Origin: Cyanobacteria bacterium J06626_4
Lineage (GTDB): Bacteria > Cyanobacteriota > Cyanobacteriia > Phormidesmidales > Phormidesmidaceae
Direction: 5' to 3'
Assembly (NCBI GenBank): GCA_038523235.1
Contig: JBCBJQ010000008.1
Location: 53,614-117,613, forward strand
Length of the DNA: 64,000 nt
The notes under the pieces were generated by a model. It made no database searches, was not told where the DNA came from, and saw only the letters and a program-made list of their open reading frames with translations. The first letter of the stretch is position 1. Every line of letters begins with the position of its first letter. The position numbers were made by a program, and so were the translations under genes. Shown piece after piece: positions 1 to 8,305 of this stretch.

Positions 1-99
1 GTCGGTCTCTGGCGGCACTGACTGACGCTGCTGGCAACTCGTGAGCAGCGTCAATAGGGCCAAACCAACCAGACCCGGACAAAGTATCCTGGAGGTCAT
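1..99 (-). CDS. 5' end of a lipoprotein, probably a siderophore-binding protein (runs off the window)
   Basis: ATG at 99, 5 bp after the receptor stop; reads MTSRILCPGLVGLALLTLLTSCQQR with lipobox LTSC; same position as the binding protein in other modules. Confidence 0.7.
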   Translation of the reverse strand, partial: MTSRILCPGLVGLALLTLLTSCQQRQSVPPETD

Positions 100-104
100 C
101 TTAA

Positions 105-2786
105 TCAGAAGGTGATTGAGTAGCGTAAGCTGACCGTGGTGCCTGGTGCGGCAAAGCGCCGTTCTTCAAAGCCGCCAACACGCTCTTGCGAGGTGAGGGG
201 CAGATAGTCGGTATTGAGCAGATTTTCAACGCCCAAGGTCAAACGTCCTTGCCCCAACTGTAGGCTGCTAATGAAATCCAGCGTGACATAGCTATCGATG
301 TCAAAGGCATCGACCCCATCATCGAACGCGCTATCGCGATCGCCCACTAGCAACATCTGCAGGCGATTGCTCCAGGTTGGCGTGGTGTCATTTTCCACAT
401 AGAGCCCGATCTGGTAAGGCGGCACATTGAGGGAGCCCAGCGCCTCAAACTCCCCATCATCATCGTTGTCACTTTCCCCCTCGCTCCAACTAAAGTAACC
501 ACCCAGCCGCCAGACATCACTCGGCTGCCAGTCAACAGCGGCTTCTAAGCCATAGTTACGCTGCGGTGCTCGCAACAGTTGTGAGGTTCCAGTCTCTTCA
601 TTGAACCGGATAAAACTACCCAGTTCGGACTCATTGTAAAACCCGGATACGCTGGCTTGCACTTGGCCAAATTCTGCTCGTGCCCCAATCTCAAAACTAT
701 CTACCGTTTGCGGTTCCAGCAGCAAATCGTCTTCCAGGCTAAACGTGGTCGTTGCCCCCGAAAAGACTGAGCCCAGATTAGGAATCGAAAAACCTTGAGA
801 AAAGTTGGCGAATAAGCCGACCTCTGGAATCGGTCGATACAGTAGACCAGCATTAAAAGAGACCCCATCGGTACCACCACTGCCGCCCTCTCGCTCGCGG
901 GGAAATCGAAACGCCAGAGCGTAATCATCGACGGAAAAATTAAAATCGTCGTAGCGTAATCCGCCGCTGATTTGCCACTGCTCCGTGATATCCCATCGCG
1001 TCTGGGCAAACAGTCCTAAGTTTTCCAACTCATAGGGGGGAAACAAGGAAAATTCATCAATGATATTCACTTCTCGGTTCGCATCCAGTGCGTTGGGGTC
1101 AGCGAACAAAACGGCAACCTCATTATCTTCTTGGGAATAATCGATTCCCCAGAGCACGCTGGCGGAGTTGCCAATGGGGGTATCTATCTGTAAACGCGCC
1201 CCTAGTTCCGAAATGTCGCTAACTTGTTGAGAGATGTCTGGGAAAAAGTCGGCAGCATTTCTGAGGCGAAAATCGCGGAATGCGCCTGCAGATTCTTCAT
1301 CGCTATAGTAAATCTGGGCATCAACTTGCGACCCGAACACATCAGTGTTGCGGTAGGTGAGATTAATGAACTGATTCGTACTTTGAGGCTCACGTTCGTA
1401 ATCAAAACTACCGACTCTGATGGCTCTGGCGACTTGGGTACCCGGAATCTGAAAGATCGAGAGATCGGTGGCGAACTCGGTATTCGGATCGCTTCGATAA
1501 TAGCTGTAGGTCAGCTCTAACCGCTGCTGCTCATCGATGTCATAGCCCACTTTAGCTAGCAAGCCCAACTCATCATTTTCACCAGCACTCGTCGGCGGAA
1601 TGCGATCGCCATCCGCATCAAAGCGAGCATTGTCAACATCATAGGTAAACGAAAACCGACCATCGACTGGGCCGTCTGCAGCGGCAGCACCAACCCGAAA
1701 GTTGTAGCTAAAACTATCGCCTTCGATGGCGGTAACGCCAACGCGGGTCCCCACACTCAGGTCATAGATTGCCCCTTCCTCAACGGGGACGCGGGTAATG
1801 ATATTGATAATCCCACCCGTAGCCCCATCGCCAAAAATAGCGTTCGCCCCTGGCACCACCTCAATTCGTTCAATAAATTCAGGGGCAATGCCATTCAGCG
1901 CTCGTAAGCCACCACTGTTCCCCCCCTGCGGCACCCCGTCAATCAGGATGAGGGCATTACGACCCCGCAGAGTGAATCCGCGAGTTGTGGCCTGCAAGGG
2001 CGGCGGCGATAGGCCCGGGACTAACTTCCCTAAGATATCGGGCAGGTTATTCGTCAATTCTGTCTGCTGCTCAATTTCCTCCCGCTCGATCACCGTCACC
2101 GATCGCGGCAAGTCAATCACTTCCTCCTCTGTGCGAGTGGCGGTGACCACCACTTGAATCGCGTCAGGGTCTGCGGCTTGAGTCCCGGCGATGCCCGGCA
2201 CCACAGTAAAGACCACATTGCCCGCATCGACAGTTACCTGAGCTTCGGGGGGCGCATCTGTGCCCGTAATTGCCACCTGCACGTTGCCATTCGGCAGGCT
2301 CGATACCTGCACTAGGGCGATACCCTCAGCCGGGGCAAACTGCTCGGCGGCGGCCTCATCCGTCAGCTCTAGCGTGGCATTAGCGATTTCGGTCACCACC
2401 GCATTGCCGGATATCTGGGCCGGGCCAGCGGATAAGGGCTGTTCAGAGACTAAAACCAGTCTGAGCCCGTCAGGCGTTTCACTAATCTGCACATCGGTAA
2501 TGACGGCGACTTCCCCTTGGACGATGTACTCAGCGGGGGGCAGTTCCGACGGCTGGTCAATCGGCTGGTCACGCAGCGCCGCAGCGCTACTGCTCTCTTC
2601 GCTAAGCAGAGGAGCAGCCTCGGCAACCGTGGGTACGTCATCGGCGATCTCACCCGTTCCCGCTGCTTCTGCATCCTCCAGAGGGGCCGCCGAGGTGGAA
2701 ACTTGTGCCGCAGCCGGATAATGGGTTCCAGCCAAAATGAGACTGGCTAACGCACTGTAGCCAACCAGCTTAATCTGAGTTGTCAT
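105..2786 (-). CDS. TonB-dependent receptor with N-terminal AMIN domain, IutA/SchT-like (aerobactin/schizokinen type)
   Basis: Signal peptide, AMIN-like region, IQVVVTATR TonB box, LRGRNALILIDGVPQ plug motif, C-terminal YSITF. Confidence 0.93.
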   Translation of the reverse strand: MTTQIKLVGYSALASLILAGTHYPAAAQVSTSAAPLEDAEAAGTGEIADDVPTVAEAAPLLSEESSSAAALRDQPIDQPSELPPAEYIVQGEVAVITDVQISETPDGLRLVLVSEQPLSAGPAQISGNAVVTEIANATLELTDEAAAEQFAPAEGIALVQVSSLPNGNVQVAITGTDAPPEAQVTVDAGNVVFTVVPGIAGTQAADPDAIQVVVTATRTEEEVIDLPRSVTVIEREEIEQQTELTNNLPDILGKLVPGLSPPPLQATTRGFTLRGRNALILIDGVPQGGNSGGLRALNGIAPEFIERIEVVPGANAIFGDGATGGIINIITRVPVEEGAIYDLSVGTRVGVTAIEGDSFSYNFRVGAAAADGPVDGRFSFTYDVDNARFDADGDRIPPTSAGENDELGLLAKVGYDIDEQQRLELTYSYYRSDPNTEFATDLSIFQIPGTQVARAIRVGSFDYEREPQSTNQFINLTYRNTDVFGSQVDAQIYYSDEESAGAFRDFRLRNAADFFPDISQQVSDISELGARLQIDTPIGNSASVLWGIDYSQEDNEVAVLFADPNALDANREVNIIDEFSLFPPYELENLGLFAQTRWDITEQWQISGGLRYDDFNFSVDDYALAFRFPREREGGSGGTDGVSFNAGLLYRPIPEVGLFANFSQGFSIPNLGSVFSGATTTFSLEDDLLLEPQTVDSFEIGARAEFGQVQASVSGFYNESELGSFIRFNEETGTSQLLRAPQRNYGLEAAVDWQPSDVWRLGGYFSWSEGESDNDDDGEFEALGSLNVPPYQIGLYVENDTTPTWSNRLQMLLVGDRDSAFDDGVDAFDIDSYVTLDFISSLQLGQGRLTLGVENLLNTDYLPLTSQERVGGFEERRFAAPGTTVSLRYSITF

Positions 2787-2894
2787 GATTCCTCACACCT
2801 AAACCTTGCCTACCGCAGCCGGGTTTGCTGACATCGAAGGCAACGAATAGAACGGCTCCGTTGCTCAAGCCCAGTAGCAGGCAAACTATTGATT

Positions 2895-2913
2895 ATTAAC
2901 AATTGTTCTCAAT
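2895..2913. promoter_or_regulatory. Fur-like box upstream of receptor
   Basis: ATTAACAATTGTTCTCAAT, near-palindromic 19-mer. Confidence 0.75.
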
Positions 2914-2948
2914 ACTACGCGGTGTGCTAGCTAGCGTTAAGCGAAAAC

Positions 2949-2979
2949 TGTCTTCGAGCCTGAGAGTTTTGTCTTCGAG
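2949..2979 (-). promoter_or_regulatory. Putative AraC operator (direct repeat, 21-bp period)
   Basis: TGTCTTCGAG at 2949 and 2970. Confidence 0.65.
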
Positions 2980-3018
2980 AGCGATTTTTATGTTTAAGTC
3001 GGCGAATGGTTTGAGGGT

Positions 3019-3349
3019 GTAATACCGCTAAGTCGGCTGAGCGGAGGGGAACGTCGGCTTCGACTCCGCTCAGCCGACGTTCCTTGAGCAGAGTCGACAT
3101 TCCTTGAGCAGAGTCGACATTCCTTGAGCAGAGTCGACGTTCCTTGGGCGGAGTCGTTGGTGTAGCCTGCCCACAGGGAATAAGGAAAGTCTCAGAGCAT
3201 TGGTGTAATACCGATTCTTCAAAAGGCAACTACAGATCTTCGGCGTTCTCCCAAAGGGAGACGCTAACGCGAACGACTCCGCTCAGCCGTCGCTCTCTGA
3301 GCGGAGTCGAAGAGAGCATGTGTAGCTTAACTTCAGAGCATTGGTGTCA
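3019..3349. repeat. Composite REP/MITE-like repeat cluster
   Basis: CGACTCCGCTCAG/CTGAGCGGAGTCG inverted repeats; about 4 tandem 20-mers TCCTTGAGCAGAGTCGACAT at 3081-3156; related copies at 30250-30393, 61570-61700 and 62891-62943. Confidence 0.8.
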
Positions 3350-3436
3350 GTCCAAAACGTTGAATCTAAAGCCCAGAATCTGCAGCCTTGAGCCTTATTT
3401 CCTTTCCCTCGATTCCTTGATTTACCCGACTATCGC

Positions 3437-4435
3437 TTAGTTCATTTCCCTGAGGTAGTGACTGGGGGCCACGTTGAATTTCTTCTTAAAGGCGGCGACA
3501 AAAGAGCTGCGGCTGGCGTACCCGACCCGGTAGGCAATTTCTTGGACATTGAGACTGTCGGTTTGCAGCAGTTGGCGCGCTTGCTCCATGCGGTGATTAT
3601 GCAGATAGCCAAAAACGGTCATGTTAAAGACCTGGCGGAACCCCTGACTGAGCTTGTTCTCGTTGAGATGAACTCGTCGCGACAAATTAGTGAGTGAGGG
3701 GGGAGCGTCCAGATTCTGAATCAAGATATCCCGCGCCTCATAGATGCGATCTAAATCGCGGGGTTTCAGCGCGTTGGGGTGATCCGGTTGCCCGGTGGTG
3801 AACTGGCTGAACTGCAGCGCCAGTAACTCTAGGACTTTGCCCTCAATATACAGTTGTCGGGTTAGTCCGTGATAGGGCCATTCTAAAATTTGCTGTAGCA
3901 CCTGTTGCTGAGCCGGTGTAATCCGGCTGGGTAGGCAAAATAAGGCCCTTTCAGGCTGCTCGATCGCTTGTTTCAGTTCAGTGGGCAACTCGTGCAGGCG
4001 ATCGCTAAAGCCCTGCAGCAATTCGGGTGAGATTTGAATTTGAATCCGACAGATGCGGCACTGGGCTGGATACTTTTCGAACTCAGCCGTGTTGGGCACA
4101 CAATACAGATAGCTTTTGCCAGCCACCTCTTCATATGCCGTCTTGAGCCCATCATTACTCACCTGACAACCGCCCGTTAGGTAGTAGCTCAAAGTGAGTG
4201 GCATCGATGGTGGATGCTGCCGAATTTGATATTGATGAATCTGGCGTTTTTGGAAATCCATAATGCTCAGATGCAGCCCTGGGCGCAGGCAAATCTTGCG
4301 TCCATACCCGCGAGCCAGAGACTGGGGGGCTCTCACAAAGGTTTCCGGCCCTTCACGGTATTCCGACAGGTTGCCGTCAGCCCGATACGCTTGCAAAATT
4401 TCGGCAATTTCTGAACCTGTTAAAACCTTTGCCAT
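3437..4435 (-). CDS. AraC/PchR-family transcriptional regulator
   Basis: C-terminal double HTH (PPSL...GFRQVF..TVFGY...VGYASRSSFVAAFKKKF); start moved to MAKVLT by comparison with the 17840 paralog. Confidence 0.93.
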   Translation of the reverse strand: MAKVLTGSEIAEILQAYRADGNLSEYREGPETFVRAPQSLARGYGRKICLRPGLHLSIMDFQKRQIHQYQIRQHPPSMPLTLSYYLTGGCQVSNDGLKTAYEEVAGKSYLYCVPNTAEFEKYPAQCRICRIQIQISPELLQGFSDRLHELPTELKQAIEQPERALFCLPSRITPAQQQVLQQILEWPYHGLTRQLYIEGKVLELLALQFSQFTTGQPDHPNALKPRDLDRIYEARDILIQNLDAPPSLTNLSRRVHLNENKLSQGFRQVFNMTVFGYLHNHRMEQARQLLQTDSLNVQEIAYRVGYASRSSFVAAFKKKFNVAPSHYLREMN

Positions 4436-4552
4436 CCAGCCCGTGCCGTAAAGTTCTATAGTGAGTATCTCATTATTGGCAATAACTCTCAACAAAGTGA
4501 TTGACCAAGAGCCCGGTGCAGCCTGATGCCGTTCTCCTTCTGGCTTTTGCTA

Positions 4553-4677
4553 GAGGCTGTCATCATTTAGCGGCTGAGTCCTTATGCTGAAAGCGGTTCA
4601 GCCTCTAGCTAGGTTTACGGAGCGGGCGCGATAATGCCCATACCGTAAGGCTTTCGAGTTTAATTGATGACGCGCCC
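4553..4677. mobile_element. MITE related to the IS5-family element at 63006
   Basis: 125 bp between CTAG sites (TA duplication); right end TAATTGATGACGCGCCC matches the IS terminal repeat at 16/17; left end GAGGCTGTCATCATTTA. Confidence 0.75.
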
Positions 4678-4712
4678 TAGGGGCACTCTGCCGATCAGGA
4701 ACACCTGATCAG

Positions 4713-5993
4713 TTATTGGGTTTTGGGCTGGCTAGTCGCGATCGCCTGCAACTGAGAACTAAAACAGCCTCCAATGCCTACTAGCAGCATTGCTATCGCA
4801 CAGGTCGCGTACAACACCGCCATGCCTGCACCGGTCTCACTGCCAAAACTGGGGGTCAACCAGCCCGTCAACCAACCCCCAGGCATCATGGCAGGCTCTA
4901 GAATCTGATCGGCTAACGGGCCAGCCAGCAGCACCGCGATCGCACTCACCCCTTGCAGCACCAAATCGTTAGCCGCAAAGACCCGTCCCTGATATTCCGG
5001 CTTAATCTGAGTCATCCACAGGGCCGTTTCTGAACTGCCCAGCAGCGGAAAGTTCAGAGAGGAGCAAAACTGGGCAGGAATCCAGATGGCGGGCGATCGC
5101 CCCAGTCCAAACACGGTTTTGCTCAAGCCTGCCCCAATGAAGCCTGCCAACATGCCATTGACCCGGCGTTTGGGGCCACCCCAGACGCTGAGCAAAATCG
5201 CCCCGGTGACACCACCAATGCCGGCCGCTGAAGCGGTACTAGCTAAGATCTGGGCACTGCCGTTGGTACGAGCCAAAATCATCGGGTCATAGACCGCTCC
5301 CCCCAAATCGTGGAAAAACCAAAAGGCTGTGGTGATCAGCAAGAGCGATCGCAACCCTGTTTTTTGCCAGACGTAGCGAAAACCAAAGGTGAGTTTAGCC
5401 CAGAGGGATTCTCGTTCGGTCGTTTTTTGGCGTGGAGGCTGAGGAATGCGGATAGCGCAGAGCGTGGAGATCGCCACCCCAAACGTCACTAAATCAATCA
5501 GCAAAATGCCCATGATTCCAATCAGTGGATATAACACTCCTGCCAAAGCTGGACCAAAAATTGCCGAGCCATAATGAACGGCTGAATTCATGCTGTTAGC
5601 TCGCGTGAGCTGACGCGGTGGCACCAACGAAGAAATGGAAGCTTTGTAGGCCAAGCTTTGAATTTGTCCGAAGCCGCCATTTAAGCTGGCGGCCAGGTAA
5701 AGATGCCAAATTTGTAGACTATCGGTGAAAAACAGGATGCCAATACCAATGGTTGCAAGGGCAGCAATGCTGTCTCCGAGCATCATTAAATATTTGCGAT
5801 TAAAGAGATCGACAATCAGCCCTGCAAACAGAGTGACCGGTATGCGCAACAGTTGAGAAAAAAAGCCCACCAGCGCTAGAGCAGTTGCCGAGCCAGTAAC
5901 TTCCCAAGCCCACAGGGTCAGGGCAAATTCGGTCATGTAGCTGCCGATGGTCGAAACCAGCTGACCGAACCAGATTAAAGTAAAGGTGCGCAT
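4713..5993 (-). CDS. MFS transporter (DHA3/EntS/MefA-like)
   Basis: About 12 hydrophobic segments, WFGQLVSTIGS, AGLIVDLFNRK motif A, YQGRVFA. Confidence 0.9.
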   Translation of the reverse strand: MRTFTLIWFGQLVSTIGSYMTEFALTLWAWEVTGSATALALVGFFSQLLRIPVTLFAGLIVDLFNRKYLMMLGDSIAALATIGIGILFFTDSLQIWHLYLAASLNGGFGQIQSLAYKASISSLVPPRQLTRANSMNSAVHYGSAIFGPALAGVLYPLIGIMGILLIDLVTFGVAISTLCAIRIPQPPRQKTTERESLWAKLTFGFRYVWQKTGLRSLLLITTAFWFFHDLGGAVYDPMILARTNGSAQILASTASAAGIGGVTGAILLSVWGGPKRRVNGMLAGFIGAGLSKTVFGLGRSPAIWIPAQFCSSLNFPLLGSSETALWMTQIKPEYQGRVFAANDLVLQGVSAIAVLLAGPLADQILEPAMMPGGWLTGWLTPSFGSETGAGMAVLYATCAIAMLLVGIGGCFSSQLQAIATSQPKTQ

Positions 5994-6094
5994 AAAGCAT
6001 CATCCCGACCAGACTGGCAGGGAGTACAGTCAGGTCTGACATTGCCCCAGCGGCAGTTTGATGGAGTACTGATAAACGACAAGACGGCGCTAGC

Positions 6095-6964
6095 TTGAAA
6101 ACCGACAGCCTCTTCTACGAGATCTTTCAAACCGATCCGAATATCGTCTTTGACTTGATGGGTAGACCTCCGACAAGAGATGTCACGTATCGCTTTGCCT
6201 CTGAGGAAGTCAAGCAAACCAGCTTCCGGATTGACGGCATCTTGGTACCCCCCACCGACGCCGCTGACTTGCCCATCGTCTTTGTGGAGGTTCAGGGCTA
6301 TCGAGACCAGAAAAATGTTTTGTACTCCAGTTTCTTTGCCCAAATTTTCTTGTATTTGCATGATTATCAACCGCCAAATGATTGGTATGCCGTGCTAATT
6401 TTCACCAGGCGCACGCTCGATCCTGGTTTGCCCAGACACCATCGGGTGTTTGAGGGGAGCCTGCAGTTTCAGCAGATTTATCTGGATGAACTCAACGAAG
6501 CAACTGATCTTTCCCTGGGACTGAAGCTGCTGCGGCTGATTGGTTTAGAACAGAATGCAGCTCCAGCGGAGGGCAGGCAATTGGTTGAACAAACTCGTCG
6601 AGAAGTTGATGATGCTGAAGTCCAACAAAAATTCATAGAATTAATAGAGACGATCTTGGTCTATAAGTTTTCTGAGCTGAGCCGCGAGGAGATTATCGCC
6701 ATGTTGAAATTAGATGACCTCAAACAAACGAGAGTTTATCGAGACGCTCTAGAGGAAGGCCGTCAGGAAGGCCGCCAGGAAGGTCGTCAGGAAGGCCGCG
6801 AGGAAGGCCGCGAGGAAGGCAAACTGGCGGCGGTGCCGTTGCTGCTGAGGGCGGGGATGACGGTGGAGCAGATTGCGGAGCAGTTGCAGGTAGATTTGGC
6901 GGCGGTGCGGCAGGTGGCGGCAGAGGATGCTGGGTCAGGGTTGGGGGAAGGTGAGGGAAGGTGA
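6095..6964 (+). CDS. Rpn-family recombination-promoting nuclease/putative transposase (DUF2887-like)
   Basis: MKTDSLFYEIF, EVKQTSFRIDG, FVEVQ PD-(D/E)XK-type motifs; C-terminal EGRQEG repeats; TTG start. Confidence 0.88.
   Translation: MKTDSLFYEIFQTDPNIVFDLMGRPPTRDVTYRFASEEVKQTSFRIDGILVPPTDAADLPIVFVEVQGYRDQKNVLYSSFFAQIFLYLHDYQPPNDWYAVLIFTRRTLDPGLPRHHRVFEGSLQFQQIYLDELNEATDLSLGLKLLRLIGLEQNAAPAEGRQLVEQTRREVDDAEVQQKFIELIETILVYKFSELSREEIIAMLKLDDLKQTRVYRDALEEGRQEGRQEGRQEGREEGREEGKLAAVPLLLRAGMTVEQIAEQLQVDLAAVRQVAAEDAGSGLGEGEGR
6752..6820 (+). repeat. 12-bp coding tandem repeat (EGRQ/EGRE)
   Basis: (G/C)AGGAAGGYCGY about 6 times. Confidence 0.9.
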
Positions 6965-7078
6965 TTGTCCTCATGTCTGCGGTTGATCGCAGATGAAATA
7001 GCGAGATGTGGCAAGTGCTGGACCAGCCTGATTTGAGCATGCAAGATGGCATGAGAATCTGCTAAAAATGAGTTCGCG

Positions 7079-8197
7079 CTATTGAGCAGCTTGCGATGGT
7101 GTATCGACTAAATACTTAAACAAATCGTCGAGGACCAAATTAGCGGCGGTCGGTCCTATGCTGATCCAGCGACTAGGAACCTCGTAAACTTTGTCTTGCT
7201 GTACCGCGTTAAGTTTTAACCACAAAGGGTCTGCTTTTAGCTCTTCTAAAGTGGTTTGAGACTCCTGAGCCATTTCTTCGTCCGACCCCGCTGTCCAGAC
7301 AAAGATGACATCGCTATCTTCCTTGTGAAGCAGTTCCTTGCTAATCGATACGCTGCCTAATTCTCCAAAAAACTCTTCTGTATGGTGGTCGGGGCGTGAG
7401 AAACCCGCATCCGCCACTACCGCTCCGCAAGGAGTCTCTTCGAGGTAAATCAAAATTCTGCCGCCAAAGACGGACACGATTGAAACTTCTGTCTGCTGAA
7501 GACGATCGCCCATCTGTGCCTGAAATTCTTTAATTCGGGCATCGTAATCCGTCAAGATCTGTTGTGCCTTATCAGTCTTTCCAAGAGTTTCTCCATACAT
7601 GTTCAATAACTTTTTCCAACCCTCTCTAAATTCCCATTCATGCAGTACAGTTGGCGCGATTTTCGACAATTGCTCGTAGTTTTTTCGATCAAGGTAATCA
7701 ACCCCCAATATTAAGTCTGGATTGAGAGCGACAATTGTCTCCAGATCAGGACTACCAGCATCACCGACATCTTCAACGCTTGCTGTTTTATTTTTTAGGT
7801 AAGAATAATCTTTTCGACCGGATTCAGTGCTACCGATAGGTTTAATCCCTAATGATAATAAGGTATCAAAGCCGACACCGAGAACAACAATTCGCTGAGG
7901 ATTGAGTGGAACGCAGACCTCTCCCGAGGAGTGTCGTACCAGGCGACACTCAGATGAGGATATTTGAGCATCAATTGATGACTGGTTTTGGTTGATTGAG
8001 CTACCGGCACAGGCTGAGACGACCGCTACAGTAAGTAAGACCAACAGATACTGGCTGATCCATTTAAGTCTTTTCTTTTGTACTCCGCTTAGCCCCTTTC
8101 TACAATCACTTGGGTTCAATCTTCGGAGTATATCTTTAAGGGAGACGCTGCACGAACGCTTAGATCGCCTTATCCAATTATTGATAAATCTGTTCAT
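7079..8197 (-). CDS. Iron-siderophore ABC substrate-binding lipoprotein (FecB/FhuD-like)
   Basis: Lipobox VSAC, PQRIVVL, PDLETIVALNPDLILG, LSKIAPTV, PLWLKLNAVQ; start moved to MNRFINNW. Confidence 0.9.
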   Translation of the reverse strand: MNRFINNWIRRSKRSCSVSLKDILRRLNPSDCRKGLSGVQKKRLKWISQYLLVLLTVAVVSACAGSSINQNQSSIDAQISSSECRLVRHSSGEVCVPLNPQRIVVLGVGFDTLLSLGIKPIGSTESGRKDYSYLKNKTASVEDVGDAGSPDLETIVALNPDLILGVDYLDRKNYEQLSKIAPTVLHEWEFREGWKKLLNMYGETLGKTDKAQQILTDYDARIKEFQAQMGDRLQQTEVSIVSVFGGRILIYLEETPCGAVVADAGFSRPDHHTEEFFGELGSVSISKELLHKEDSDVIFVWTAGSDEEMAQESQTTLEELKADPLWLKLNAVQQDKVYEVPSRWISIGPTAANLVLDDLFKYLVDTPSQAAQ

Positions 8198-8305
8198 TGG
8201 TAAACGCCATGAGCAAAGAGCATAATAGAGTAAAGGAATGGGCGGAAGCATAAGAGTTAACAAGAAAAGAATAAATCCCTTTCTGCGCTCTGCCTTGTGT
8301 CTTTA

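Noticed and set aside
3081..3156. Tandem 20-bp repeats as a CRISPR array
   Set aside because: No spacers and no cas genes; the units are pieces of the REP-like element
2927..3440. ORFs 2927..3229 and 3144..3440 (also 30210..30509 and 61420..61770)
   Set aside because: Translations of repeat DNA (RRSLSGVE) overlapping promoter regions
4460..4483. Fur-like box upstream of the first AraC
   Set aside because: Only one half-site fits the 19-bp consensus, so it was not listed as a feature
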